The notes beneath the pieces are model-generated. The model saw only the letters and a program-made list of their open reading frames with translations. It had not been told where the DNA came from and did no database searches. Both the position numbers and the translations under genes were made by a program. From Candidatus Sumerlaeales bacterium (GTDB lineage: Bacteria > Sumerlaeota > Sumerlaeia > Sumerlaeales > Sumerlaeaceae): DNA of 64,000 nt. Where the stretch lies: assembly GCA_038243585.1 (NCBI GenBank), contig JBBSQY010000002.1, forward strand, positions 86,857-150,856, in the 5' to 3' direction. This document shows, piece by piece, positions 37,834 to 48,058 of this stretch; position 1 is the first letter of the stretch; each line of letters starts with the position of its first letter.

Positions 37834-37878
37834 TCTGCAATACGTCTTGGTCTACCGTACCCATTCTGGGTACCTTGG

Positions 37879-39465
37879 CTAGCGCAACGTTACTGGCAGA
37901 CTTCCCTGTGGGGTAGCTTCACCCCTTAGCACTTCCGCCATCGCTTGCTGGCTAGGCTGCGTTGCACCGTAGGCGCATAAGTATGACGTGGCCTCCTGTA
38001 GCTGTTCGATAATATAAGGGCTACCGAAGCTAACCAGCAGGAAATCCCGGTCGCGCAACAGGGTCTTCAGCATATCGACCATGGCGGAAGACAGGTCAAT
38101 TGTGCCACTGCTTAACCGAACACTCACATAGGCCGCAACGATAACTACGTCCGACTCAGCTACAGTTTGAGCAAGCCGCGGTGCAATTGCGGCTATATGA
38201 GCATCCTCACTGCTTAATGCAAAGGATTTTACACTTCGGCCATCTGCGCCCAGATAATCGGCAAAGCTCTGCGGTTCAAGAAATCCGCTCCTGCCATCGC
38301 CGCCGTTGCTGACCGTAACACAACAAATAGTCCTATTTCTGTCAAGCGGCAGATCTCCGCCGTCTTTTACCAGCGTCACAGACTGCCGGGCAATTTCGAT
38401 AGAGCGGGTAACGTTAGCAGGCACCTGCGTTTGCAAATACACCCTGGCTGGGTCCGGCAACGCCGCATTAAGAATTCCACGAGTCTCTTTCAAACTAAGA
38501 ATCCTACCCACCGCTTCATTTAACCGGTCTTCTGAGACCTCTCCGCTGGCAACTGCCCGCGATAGCACGTCAATGGCAAACGCGTTATCCTGAGGCATTA
38601 TAAGCTGGTCACATCCGGCATTAATTGCCATGGGAATGGCAACTTCCGGTGGATAATTCTCAGCAACAGCCCCCATGTCCAGCGCGTCGCTAACTGCTAC
38701 GCCTGTAAATCCCATTTGCTCCCGGAGCAGAGTCGTCATTATTCGTTTTGACAGGGTCGCCGGCAGGCGCTCTGGTTCATACGCCGGAATCAGCAGATGC
38801 GCAGACATGATACAATCGACTCCTGCTTCAATAAGGGCACGAAATGGAAGCAACTCTATTGCTTCAAGTTCAATTCTTGTCCCACCAACGCTGCCCAGCA
38901 GGCTGTGAGAATCGATGTTCGTATTCCCATGGCCGGGAAAGTGTTTGCCACACGAGGCCACACCCCCATCGTGCAAACCCTTTGCGAATGCCACTGCCAT
39001 TCTGGCAACATTAATTGGATCATTCCCGAAGGATCTTGTATTAATTACAGGATTTGCTGAGTTTGAGTTGACGTCCAACACCGGCGCGTAATTTACATTA
39101 ATGCCCATGACTGCGGACTCTTCCGCAATCATTCGTGCCGCGTCATAGGCGGCCTTTTCATCGCCTGTCGCTCCGAGGGCCATGCACGTAACTACTTCAA
39201 CTGCCCCACTAAGTGTTCCTCCAACGCCACGCTCCAGATCCGCCGCAATGATTAACGGAATACGCGTGGCCTGCTGGATTGCCCGCGTCTGACGGGCCAC
39301 CGATAGCGCATCGCTATAAATTCGAATGTACCCGCCAGGGTAGAATCGCAGGTCAGATTGGGCCTGAGCCTCATTCCTCCAGGTAAAAACAAAAACCTGA
39401 CCAATTTTTTCAGCCAGGGACATATCTGCCAAAAGATTCAGCACTACAGCGCTGGTGTCCATCAT
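37879..39465 (-). CDS. GH3 beta-N-acetylhexosaminidase (NagZ-like)
   Basis: KHFPGHGNTNIDSH, APVLDVN, RSFG and SDALDMGA motifs. Confidence 0.93.
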   Translation of the reverse strand: MMDTSAVVLNLLADMSLAEKIGQVFVFTWRNEAQAQSDLRFYPGGYIRIYSDALSVARQTRAIQQATRIPLIIAADLERGVGGTLSGAVEVVTCMALGATGDEKAAYDAARMIAEESAVMGINVNYAPVLDVNSNSANPVINTRSFGNDPINVARMAVAFAKGLHDGGVASCGKHFPGHGNTNIDSHSLLGSVGGTRIELEAIELLPFRALIEAGVDCIMSAHLLIPAYEPERLPATLSKRIMTTLLREQMGFTGVAVSDALDMGAVAENYPPEVAIPMAINAGCDQLIMPQDNAFAIDVLSRAVASGEVSEDRLNEAVGRILSLKETRGILNAALPDPARVYLQTQVPANVTRSIEIARQSVTLVKDGGDLPLDRNRTICCVTVSNGGDGRSGFLEPQSFADYLGADGRSVKSFALSSEDAHIAAIAPRLAQTVAESDVVIVAAYVSVRLSSGTIDLSSAMVDMLKTLLRDRDFLLVSFGSPYIIEQLQEATSYLCAYGATQPSQQAMAEVLRGEATPQGSLPVTLR

Positions 39466-39477
39466 AAGAAGGCCTCT

Positions 39478-41145
39478 CTAGCGGATGAGCGGGGCAATGA
39501 TACTAAGATGCGCGGTATTGGGGTCAGATACAATGATATCTGTACGGCTATCCGCATTGACATCCGTAAAGGATAGAGATGCATTTTCAGGAATCGTAAA
39601 TGTGGCTGCAGGAGTTTGACCAAGAACAAAATTACCTTTAGTAAGAAAGATTTGCAACTGATCGGCCGACGTTCGTACAACCAAGTCCATCATCTTATCA
39701 TTGTTCATATCTTTCACGATCATCACCGGCGGATTGCCACGAAAATTTTCCAACTTCGTGTTTAGCGTTATTTGTTGCTCTGCATCCGGTTGGCGCGGAA
39801 ACCCCTGTTTGCCGCGCCCTAAAAAATACTGAAGGCGAAACTGGATCTTGTTGGCAAAAGCCAGATCAACTATATCTTCCATAGAACCAAACTGGTAGCT
39901 GAAAAAGGTCATCGCGAAGTCGGTAACCCCATCGCTGTTAAAATCGTTTAGTTGCACTAGGCCGACCGGATCCTTCGTAATAAACCTGTCGGTTTCCTGG
40001 GCAAAAACTTGATATCCGTCTTGCTCACCAATAAAGAATTTTACCACAGTTCGCGGATTGACTACGTCAAGATTACTGCGCACGAGTATGGCGTCCAGTC
40101 GCCCATCTAAATTGATATCTCTAAAGGTCGCATCCGCCTGGCTATCGTAGGGCACGGCGAACGATTGCGCGGGACTGTCTGAAAATGTTAAATCGTCACG
40201 TTGGATGTATACGTCGTAGCGCTCCACCTGACGCGACGAAGAGCCTGTGGCCGTGGATGAGTATATAAGGTCAAGGCGACCATCACTATTAGCGTCAAAA
40301 AACAACAGATCATCTGTGCCACGTCGATGGGAGATTGCAGCCATGGAAAACGCCGGCCGGACAGGATCATCCGGAACATCACGGCTGAAGGTAAACGTTT
40401 GCTCAGACTGATATGGGTTCTTTGGCAGCTTTACGCTGGAAAAGCTCCCGCCTTTAGCGCGATGGTGAATTTCGAAGCCTGTTTTGCCAGGCAGAAGCAA
40501 TTCATCTAATCCGTCGCCATCAAGATCCAGGGCCATATCATAATACCGATGGACAGGACCGGGAGAGGTTTCTGTCACAAGGTCTGTCGCAAACAAGCTG
40601 ATTGGTTGTGAACCGATAATTTCATCTTGCAACGGGTAATATGCCGCGGTTCCCGAAGAGAGTACCACCAGCGAATAATGGTTTTCGGATTCCACTCGCG
40701 CGAAGCCATAATAAACGTGTCCGCTACCTTTTGGCGGAAGCGGCAGGGGTAGAACCTGGAGTGGAACAAACCCGTTCGGTGTCTGACCAAAAACTACGGC
40801 TTTACCGTTACCAGAGAGAACTAGCTCCAGTTCAGGGCCACCAACCAGATTGACGGGATGGACCTGTGTATTCTCGCCGATTGCATCTTTGGCGACAACG
40901 AAACGTTCAAACCGAACTTCCGCCGCATAGATGCCGTCTAATGCCGCCATCGCCAACAAAAATAATCCAATTCTTTGTCGGAACTGACGTTGAGCCGAAA
41001 TGGTGGCTGCTAATTTTCTAGTAATGAACGGCACTTTAGAAAAGATTATTTTACCTGAGGGACTGCGACACTTGAAACAAACGCTTTTAGAGAATTCACA
41101 ATTTCTGCAGGGCAATCTTCGAAAAACAATCCAATGCGATAACAT
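39478..41145 (-). CDS. FG-GAP/VCBS repeat protein
   Basis: Repeated DLDGDGLDE, DANSDGRLD, DINLDGRLD and DFNSDGVTD; the true start is likely downstream of 41145. Confidence 0.85.
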   Translation of the reverse strand: MLSHWIVFRRLPCRNCEFSKSVCFKCRSPSGKIIFSKVPFITRKLAATISAQRQFRQRIGLFLLAMAALDGIYAAEVRFERFVVAKDAIGENTQVHPVNLVGGPELELVLSGNGKAVVFGQTPNGFVPLQVLPLPLPPKGSGHVYYGFARVESENHYSLVVLSSGTAAYYPLQDEIIGSQPISLFATDLVTETSPGPVHRYYDMALDLDGDGLDELLLPGKTGFEIHHRAKGGSFSSVKLPKNPYQSEQTFTFSRDVPDDPVRPAFSMAAISHRRGTDDLLFFDANSDGRLDLIYSSTATGSSSRQVERYDVYIQRDDLTFSDSPAQSFAVPYDSQADATFRDINLDGRLDAILVRSNLDVVNPRTVVKFFIGEQDGYQVFAQETDRFITKDPVGLVQLNDFNSDGVTDFAMTFFSYQFGSMEDIVDLAFANKIQFRLQYFLGRGKQGFPRQPDAEQQITLNTKLENFRGNPPVMIVKDMNNDKMMDLVVRTSADQLQIFLTKGNFVLGQTPAATFTIPENASLSFTDVNADSRTDIIVSDPNTAHLSIIAPLIR

Positions 41146-41438
41146 CGTTGTTCGTCGTTACCTTGAGGCTGCAACCAGACCGCGCGACCGGCCACTTTAT
41201 CCGGAAGATGATCGATTCCGGAAAAGGCCAATCGGCAATGCCTCGTTTTTTGCAGCATCAAACTATAGGTTTCCGGGGCAAGAGAAACGTTGATCATTGC
41301 CCCGCGCTCACTTAAATCCATGACCTCGCAGTCATACTCCAACGGGCGGAAGGTGTTTTCAGGTATTAAAATACTAAACCGAGCGGGCAGAGAAATCTCT
41401 ACGCGAACGCTTTTTCTTTTATCTGCAGGGTGTGGCAT
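41046..41438 (-). CDS. PilZ domain protein
   Basis: RKSVR (RxxxR) and DLSERG (DxSxxG) c-di-GMP-binding motifs. Confidence 0.85.
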   Translation of the reverse strand: MPHPADKRKSVRVEISLPARFSILIPENTFRPLEYDCEVMDLSERGAMINVSLAPETYSLMLQKTRHCRLAFSGIDHLPDKVAGRAVWLQPQGNDEQRCYRIGLFFEDCPAEIVNSLKAFVSSVAVPQVK

Positions 41439-41876
41439 AAACTTAAAATCCCATCTTTGCTACGCATATACACCGCAGTCTCTTAAGACTGCCTTAGTCG
41501 TGATTCGGCGCAATATTTTTTTATGTGATGATCTTAACGTGACGAGAGAAGAATACAAAACCTGTAATTCGGCGATATAAACATGGTTCCATTGGGTAAC
41601 ACAAGTGTTATATATCAAGCATTTCTGTTAATCGGTCCCACTATTTTTCTGTTGGATTCCCGGTCGAGAAATTTTTGACTGTCAGTCGTAATAAAAAGCA
41701 ATATTCTGTCGTTCCGTGAATGGGCAGTCTTATGGGTTTAACACATCCGTGTAGGCACCCAGGTATTGTCGTTCTTTAACGGGGTCAATGCATCTGAGAA
41801 TTTAACGGTTTTAATTTGACGCCGCCTGCTGGTCGTCTCATCACAACAAAAGTTGCTTAATATCAAAGGTCAGGTA

Positions 41877-42350
41877 ATGGAACATATAATTTCTGTTTTG
41901 GTTGAAAATCGATTTGGGGTTTTAGCCCATATAGCCGGCTTGTTTTCAGGGCGCGGCTTTAATATTGACAGCCTGGCTGTCGGTGAAACCCACGATGCAT
42001 CGGTCAGCCGCATGACGATTGTTGTCCGAGGTGACGATAATGTGGTCGAGCAAATTCTTAAGCAGCTGAATCGCCTGGTGGATGTAATAAGCGTCCAAAA
42101 CTTGACAGAGCAGAGTCACGTTGACAGGGAGTTAATGCTGGCCAAGGTTGAAACCACTACACAAACCCGCAGTCAAGTCATTGAGATAGCCGAAGTCTTT
42201 CGCGCCAAAATAGTAGACGTCCAGCGAAGCAGTTTAACCATTGAGGCTGCCGGTAGCGGAGACAAGCTGCAGGCATTGCTGGACCTGTTAACCCCCTACG
42301 GCATTAAAGAACTCGTGCGAACCGGCCGCATCGGCATGGCTCGCGGATAA
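41877..42350 (+). CDS. ilvN: Acetolactate synthase small (regulatory) subunit
   Basis: ISVLVENRFGVLAHIAGLFSGRGFNIDSLAV and IKELVRTG. Confidence 0.95.
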   Translation: MEHIISVLVENRFGVLAHIAGLFSGRGFNIDSLAVGETHDASVSRMTIVVRGDDNVVEQILKQLNRLVDVISVQNLTEQSHVDRELMLAKVETTTQTRSQVIEIAEVFRAKIVDVQRSSLTIEAAGSGDKLQALLDLLTPYGIKELVRTGRIGMARG

Positions 42351-42372
42351 AAGCAGGAGCTTAAGTTAAATT

Positions 42373-42810
42373 ATGATAAACAATGAGCGCGTCATAGTAG
42401 CTTCACCGTTGGCCCCCAAGGCAGTCGGTCCCTATTCCCAGGCTGTAAAATTTGGGAATATGATTTTTTGCAGTGGGCAGATTCCATTACATCCCGAAAC
42501 CGGCGAAGTAGTGGGTACTGATATAGCTACACAAACGGAACAGGTCCTTCAGAATCTGGAGGCTGTGCTTCGAGTCGTGGATAGCGGTTTATATCAGGTC
42601 GTAAAGACGACGGTATACCTCCAATCGCTGGACGATTTTGCGGAAATGAACGCGGTCTACGCCAGGCATTTCATGGTTGATCCGCCGGCAAGAGCGACAG
42701 TTGAGGTTGCACGCTTACCAAAAGAAGTGCTGGTAGAAATCGACTGCATTGCAATTCTTCCGGAAAAAATGACCGGCGGCGCCGCTCTAGGGGTAAATAC
42801 CAGTATATAA
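42373..42810 (+). CDS. ridA: RidA family enamine/imine deaminase
   Basis: APKAVGPYSQA, SGQIP and PARATVEVARLPK. Confidence 0.93.
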   Translation: MINNERVIVASPLAPKAVGPYSQAVKFGNMIFCSGQIPLHPETGEVVGTDIATQTEQVLQNLEAVLRVVDSGLYQVVKTTVYLQSLDDFAEMNAVYARHFMVDPPARATVEVARLPKEVLVEIDCIAILPEKMTGGAALGVNTSI

Positions 42811-42892
42811 GTGACTTGGCACGATATGTGTAACCGATTGCGAAGCCTCTTAAAAAAAGGCTGCTAATTTCCGTGTCTATGGAGTCTTCCCA

Positions 42893-44179
42893 ATGCAGCG
42901 AATAGTAATTGATGGACAAGTGCCCCTGCGCGGCACGGTAAGTGTCAGCGGATCAAAAAATGCGACACTTCCACTTATGGCTGCGGCCCTCTTGGGAGAT
43001 ACTGCCACCACCCTCACAAACGTGCCTGACCTCCAGGATGTGCGGACAATGGCGCAGGTGCTGGAATCCCTTGGGGCGAAGGTGGATTTCGCCGATCACG
43101 TAATGCGCATTGATCCTGCTAACTTTAAAGAGACAGAAGCGCCATACGAAACTGTGCGTAAAATGCGTGCTTCCATCTATGTAATGGGGCCTATGCTGGC
43201 CCGCTTGCGTCGCGCTAAAGTGTCGCTTCCCGGCGGCTGCGCCATAGGGTCCAGGCCAATTGATCTTCATTTAAAAGGCTTTGAAAATCTAGGTGCGGAT
43301 GTTCGGCTCGAACACGGATATGTGCTTGCAGAAACAGCAGGCTTGAAAGGGAATGAGTTTAACCTTTCTGGAGCCACAGGATCCAGCGTTGGCGCGACCT
43401 GCAACGTAGTTATGGCGGCCACGCTGGCAAGTAGAACGACAGTAGTCCACGGTGCGGCTTGTGAACCGGACATTATTGAATTGTGCGAATTCCTCAATAA
43501 AATGGGCGCGCAAATTGAAAATGCGGGCAAACCTACGATAACGATTCACGGAGTCTCCAGCCTGTCTGGTATTGATCATTGTGTTGTCAGCGATCGAATC
43601 GAAGCTGGTACTTTTATGACGGCCGCCGCAATCACCGGCGGAGATGTGATAATAGAGCGCTGTCCTATGGTAGACATGGAGTCTACAATCGAAAAACTCA
43701 GGGAAATCGGAGTTCGTGTTGAGACACTTGGAACTGACTCCTGTCGTGTTTCCGGCACGCCCGCTGACTATGTCCCGACAAACATTCAAACTTTGGTCTA
43801 TCCAGGATTTCCAACGGATATGCAGGCGCAGTTTATGGCCCTTCTCAGTATCGTTAGCGGTCAAAGCACTATAAAAGAAAATATTTATGTAGATCGTTTC
43901 ATGCACGCGGCAGAGTTAAATCGAATGGGAGCCGACATTAAGGTAGTGTCCGGATTTGCAACAATCCACGGTGTACCCGAATTAATGGGCGCGCCCGTCA
44001 TGGCAAGCGATCTGCGCGCATCCGCGGCTTTGGTTGTGGCTGGAATGGCAGCTGAAGGTATTACTATCATTAATCGCGTGTATCATATTGATCGAGGTTA
44101 TGAAAAGATCGAAACTAAGATGCAGGCTCTTGGAGCGCGCATTCAGCGCGAAACCGTCGATGGCGATGACTTTGGCTAA
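42893..44179 (+). CDS. murA: UDP-N-acetylglucosamine 1-carboxyvinyltransferase
   Basis: SGSKNATLP, LPGGCAIGSRP, PGFPTDMQAQ and HIDRGYE. Confidence 0.98.
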   Translation: MQRIVIDGQVPLRGTVSVSGSKNATLPLMAAALLGDTATTLTNVPDLQDVRTMAQVLESLGAKVDFADHVMRIDPANFKETEAPYETVRKMRASIYVMGPMLARLRRAKVSLPGGCAIGSRPIDLHLKGFENLGADVRLEHGYVLAETAGLKGNEFNLSGATGSSVGATCNVVMAATLASRTTVVHGAACEPDIIELCEFLNKMGAQIENAGKPTITIHGVSSLSGIDHCVVSDRIEAGTFMTAAAITGGDVIIERCPMVDMESTIEKLREIGVRVETLGTDSCRVSGTPADYVPTNIQTLVYPGFPTDMQAQFMALLSIVSGQSTIKENIYVDRFMHAAELNRMGADIKVVSGFATIHGVPELMGAPVMASDLRASAALVVAGMAAEGITIINRVYHIDRGYEKIETKMQALGARIQRETVDGDDFG

Positions 44180-44206
44180 TTGCAACCAGGCGCCGTTTTG
44201 CGGTAG

Positions 44207-45040
44207 ATGATAAGCAGATTCCTGTATCACGCATTCTGGAACTTCTACGATGTTATGGGTACGCTTGCTCTTTGCGGGACTCTTTACGCCGTATTGGCTC
44301 TGGGGACTACCGTCGTAGGATTTTCATTTATTAATAACGCCTCGCAAACGACTCTCGTTACCGTCCTTATTGTTTCAGTTCAAATAGTCTTGCTTACGGT
44401 TACACTATCTCTGCTGCTCCCTTTTTGTGGTCGCGCGGCACGGGGCGAGTCTGCACGATTGAACACCCTATGGCCGGGAAGAAGCCCCATTGTTTACTTG
44501 GGATTAATTTTAACTATCTGGCTCTTGGTATGCACGGCACTCTTATTTAACGCCAACTTGTATTTGAACCTTCAAAACACCATAGCCTCACCCATTTTCA
44601 GGATGGCTGTTATATTGATTGGGGCTTTAGTTGGCTGGGCGTTAGCTGGCTGGTTATTATTTTTACCCATCGTGCTATGCGCCGCCACTTTCGGAAGCAG
44701 GTTAACCCTAAAAACTGTTTTCAGTAACGCATTGCTGGCACTTGCCCTATCACCATTGCTCTGGATTTTTGTCGGTATTTTTGGAGTGATTCTGCTTGTT
44801 AGTGGAGGGATAACCCGAGTCGGTCTCATACTCTTTCTTCCTGTCATGGCAAGTGTTAGCCAGACCGCTTATCAAATTTCCATGCAGTACGCTTCCTTTT
44901 TGGCCGAGGCAAAGGACACATGCGGAGCGGGGAAATCATTAAAGGAATATAAGGATCGGGCAACAGAACTGGCTCAGCTGTGGGAGTATCGTCAACCGCG
45001 ACGAACCTTTAAAGAGATCATTAGACCTTGGGAGTATTAG
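44207..45040 (+). CDS. Hypothetical multi-pass membrane protein
   Basis: About six hydrophobic segments; co-oriented with murA. Confidence 0.75.
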   Translation: MISRFLYHAFWNFYDVMGTLALCGTLYAVLALGTTVVGFSFINNASQTTLVTVLIVSVQIVLLTVTLSLLLPFCGRAARGESARLNTLWPGRSPIVYLGLILTIWLLVCTALLFNANLYLNLQNTIASPIFRMAVILIGALVGWALAGWLLFLPIVLCAATFGSRLTLKTVFSNALLALALSPLLWIFVGIFGVILLVSGGITRVGLILFLPVMASVSQTAYQISMQYASFLAEAKDTCGAGKSLKEYKDRATELAQLWEYRQPRRTFKEIIRPWEY

Positions 45041-45246
45041 CGGCAAAACTGGAGATGCTGGTACCATCATACATTTAGCAAACCGTTGGCTATGTTGTAA
45101 GAAAAACGAAGAAGATATTCCGACTACTATACTCGCAATGATTACAAAAACCATATTACAGTATGAATTGTTTACTTTAAGTTAGTCTACTAGAGCTCAT
45201 CTGTACTAAAAAATATTGAACTTATACTTTCTTATTGGAGCTAAAC

Positions 45247-45537
45247 ATGAAAGTCGCACTGGAAAACGGCGAAGTATTAGATATTGCTCTTGTCGAAGGA
45301 GACCGGATCATTGGAACTCTTAGCATTCAGCTTAAAGGTCTGGCAGGCGCAGGCAAGGCATCACGTTCTGCGGTAGCATCGCAGCAAAGCGAGTCTGCTT
45401 CCACAAGTGGTTTAGGGAAAAAAACACGTAAGCCACGCAAACCAATGTCAGCAGAGGGCCGCGCTCGTATGGCCGCCGCGCAAAAGAAACGTTGGGAAGA
45501 GAAACGTGGCGGACAAAACAACTCAAACCAGGGTTAA
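45247..45537 (+). CDS. Small basic protein, possibly nucleoid-associated
   Basis: GGAG RBS; C-terminal KKTRKPRKPMSAEGRARMAAAQKKRWEEK; followed by a strong terminator. Confidence 0.7.
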   Translation: MKVALENGEVLDIALVEGDRIIGTLSIQLKGLAGAGKASRSAVASQQSESASTSGLGKKTRKPRKPMSAEGRARMAAAQKKRWEEKRGGQNNSNQG

Positions 45538-45555
45538 TATTGATTAGTAGAGTTC

Positions 45556-45588
45556 AGGCGCCGAGACTCGGCGCCTTTTTTTTTTTTT
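45556..45588 (+). terminator. Intrinsic terminator
   Basis: AGGCGCCGAG-A-CTCGGCGCCT followed by a long T tract. Confidence 0.85.
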
Positions 45589-45613
45589 AAGCCGAGTGCA
45601 TGATAAGAAATTC

Positions 45614-46978
45614 TTACCTCAGTGACATTACCTGGCCAACAGCAAAGGCAAGTTCGGCGGCGTAAATACAAAAGAACCACCGCTTCGAAGGATTTGAAAA
45701 GCCATAACCAGCAAAGATCAACATCACGTATTCCATGTAAAATCGCTGACGTGCAGCGTTCCCGCCGTATGCCGACGTAAGAAACAGCAGCGCTCCAAAG
45801 CCCAGCGCCGCTATAGGGATAATAGCAAGGTTTACGTTTTGCCGTAACGCCGCGTATAACCCGGCGAAACCAAGTGGATAGCCTATCAGGTACAAATACC
45901 ACATTCCCGGATACATACCGTACATTGGTGTTGGCACGTCAAATCTTAGCCATGCATATGGAGCCAGAAATAGCGCCGGTATTCCCGCTCCCATTCTAAG
46001 CAACAGCGCCAGTGGCCCATCCACCGCCGCTGGGGACAACGCGATCAGGCTGGACATCATTTGTTGAAATAACCGGTAGCCGGGCAGCGTGTAAGCCGTG
46101 ACAAGAACCAATACAAGCAAGCTAACAAAGGCCACTTGAACTATAGCCGATTTTTTAAAGCGGAGAGCTGGAAACAACATTGCCCCGACAAGCAATGACA
46201 CGGCTGCATATATCCTGATACTAAATAAATAAGGGGCCAATAGCAACGCAGCAATTCCATAGCTCAAGCTCCTATTACGCAATGTCCCCAGGATAAGCGT
46301 CAATAACGCCAGAAAAACAAACGACGTGTACATATCTTTCATCATGTACGAAGCCCAGTAGAACTGATTGGGGTGTAGTGCAGTCAATATCGCAGAGGCA
46401 TAAATGGGATTCCGCATTGAAACTGCGCCGGCCGCATAGGCCGATTTTCTATCCCCCCATAGGAAGCAACTTGTGAAGGCCACAAGCATTGGGAGCAACG
46501 AAGCACATGCGGCATTTAACAGGAGACCTGCTACTGTAGAAGGGCCTGTAACAAGAAAGATGGCGGCGAGGGGCCGATGGTAGCCCACATGGATCGTCCC
46601 AAGATACGGCGGAGAACCTTTCTTCCAGATCTCTGGGAAAAAACCCTGACTCCAGGAGTCGGCAATGGCTGCCGCTTCTATAAAATAATTGTGGTCATCT
46701 CTCCAGTATGTGCCCGGCGATGCTGCGCTATACCCCTCCGCCCTGATCCACGCCCAAAGCGCATGGAAAATGAACAGGCAGAAGCAGATAAAAGAAAGTC
46801 GCTTTCCAACCGGACTCTTCAGAAATTCCATCTCCTGCATTAAAAGAGAAAGGGCCGGAAGAGAGAGTACGGTTACCCAAAAATACGCTGGAAATACGTT
46901 CTTGAGTCCGACTGCGGTTGCTGCCCACACTATTAACAGGATATTACGCAGTGACAGCAATGACAGAGTGCTCTGCAT
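45614..46978 (-). CDS. Polytopic membrane protein, GT-C/polymerase-like
   Basis: About 11 TM segments; luminal RDDHNY and MKD motifs. Confidence 0.65.
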   Translation of the reverse strand: MQSTLSLLSLRNILLIVWAATAVGLKNVFPAYFWVTVLSLPALSLLMQEMEFLKSPVGKRLSFICFCLFIFHALWAWIRAEGYSAASPGTYWRDDHNYFIEAAAIADSWSQGFFPEIWKKGSPPYLGTIHVGYHRPLAAIFLVTGPSTVAGLLLNAACASLLPMLVAFTSCFLWGDRKSAYAAGAVSMRNPIYASAILTALHPNQFYWASYMMKDMYTSFVFLALLTLILGTLRNRSLSYGIAALLLAPYLFSIRIYAAVSLLVGAMLFPALRFKKSAIVQVAFVSLLVLVLVTAYTLPGYRLFQQMMSSLIALSPAAVDGPLALLLRMGAGIPALFLAPYAWLRFDVPTPMYGMYPGMWYLYLIGYPLGFAGLYAALRQNVNLAIIPIAALGFGALLFLTSAYGGNAARQRFYMEYVMLIFAGYGFSNPSKRWFFCIYAAELAFAVGQVMSLR

Positions 46979-47009
46979 CAGGCAAAAGGTCCGGCTATCT
47001 AAAGAAATG

Positions 47010-47041
47010 TACGGCGGCCTGCAAAAGCACAGGCCGCCGTA
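47010..47041 (-). terminator. Hairpin/terminator downstream of carD
   Basis: TACGGCGGCCTG...CAGGCCGCCGTA 12-bp stem. Confidence 0.65.
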
Positions 47042-47070
47042 AATAGTTTTATATTAAATTGCTGATAGGA

Positions 47071-47628
47071 TCAGAGAGGAGTTGCAGCGTTTTTCTTACG
47101 CGCTTCTCTGTCTTTCATAACTTTTTTCTTATACATCATTTTCAAAGATTCCTGGATGTCGTCAGTCACTTTTATCTTTGAATCAGCGCTGATATAGGTG
47201 ATCTCGTCCAATAGGAACTTTTTGGCCTGCTCCATTATTTCGCGTTCTTTACCCTTCAGCTCGTTGGTCTGATCCAGAGTATAGAGATCTCGCAATAATT
47301 TGGATATCTTGTTTGGGTCGCCACTGTTCATGATCTCACGATAGGCGCTATACTGCATACGCGCATCGTTCCTGTTAGGAGAAGTCGGCTGTTTCAGAAG
47401 GCTCATTACCTTCTTTGCGTCTTCCTTGCTCATAGGCTTGCGCACGCCGCGCTTTTCGATCTGTGTTTTTGGAACAAGCACCGTGGCGTTGTTCTGCGCG
47501 TGAAAAACGTAATAATCCTGCGTTTGTTGGTCCACCGTTATACGACGGATACCCTCCACATTGCAGATGCCAAGACTGGGTTCTACGACTACATCGCCAA
47601 TTTTAAATTCCATGTTTGTTTGTTCCAA
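47071..47628 (-). CDS. carD: CarD/CdnL family transcription factor
   Basis: FKIGDVVVEPSLGICNVEGI, VLVP...GVRKPMS and LLRDLY...EREIMEQA. Confidence 0.9.
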   Translation of the reverse strand: MEQTNMEFKIGDVVVEPSLGICNVEGIRRITVDQQTQDYYVFHAQNNATVLVPKTQIEKRGVRKPMSKEDAKKVMSLLKQPTSPNRNDARMQYSAYREIMNSGDPNKISKLLRDLYTLDQTNELKGKEREIMEQAKKFLLDEITYISADSKIKVTDDIQESLKMMYKKKVMKDREARKKNAATPL

Positions 47629-47689
47629 GGCCTTTCATAGGTAATCATCAGGTCTAACCCAGAGTTATACACCAAACTTCGCGGTGTAA

Positions 47690-48058
47690 TTACTCCCAAT
47701 CAATTCTAGGTGCGTCGCCCCATAGTCTTTCGAGGTCAAAAAGCTCTCTTGAGTCCTGCATCATAGCGTGAACGATAACGTTGCCGTAGTCGAAAACCAT
47801 CCATCCGGAACCTCGTTCTCCATCAACTGGGCCGGTCTTCGAGCCGATTTCTTTCATCGCTTTTTCTATACGTCCGCCAAGGGCCCGAAGGTGAACCTGA
47901 CTTGTTCCGGTAAATACTACAAAATAATCGGTGATGTTGCTCAACTCATGCAAATCCAGGATGACTATGTTTTCAGCCTTGCCCTCGCTGGCAACAGCAG
48001 CAATGTGTTCTGCTCTTTGCAAAGCGTTATAGTTTGTCTTTTCTACGGGTACGGCCAA
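47690..48058 (-). CDS. rsfS: Ribosome silencing factor
   Basis: KAENIVILD, TDYFVV, WMVFDYGNVIVH and DLERLWGDA. Confidence 0.95.
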   Translation of the reverse strand: MAVPVEKTNYNALQRAEHIAAVASEGKAENIVILDLHELSNITDYFVVFTGTSQVHLRALGGRIEKAMKEIGSKTGPVDGERGSGWMVFDYGNVIVHAMMQDSRELFDLERLWGDAPRIDWE

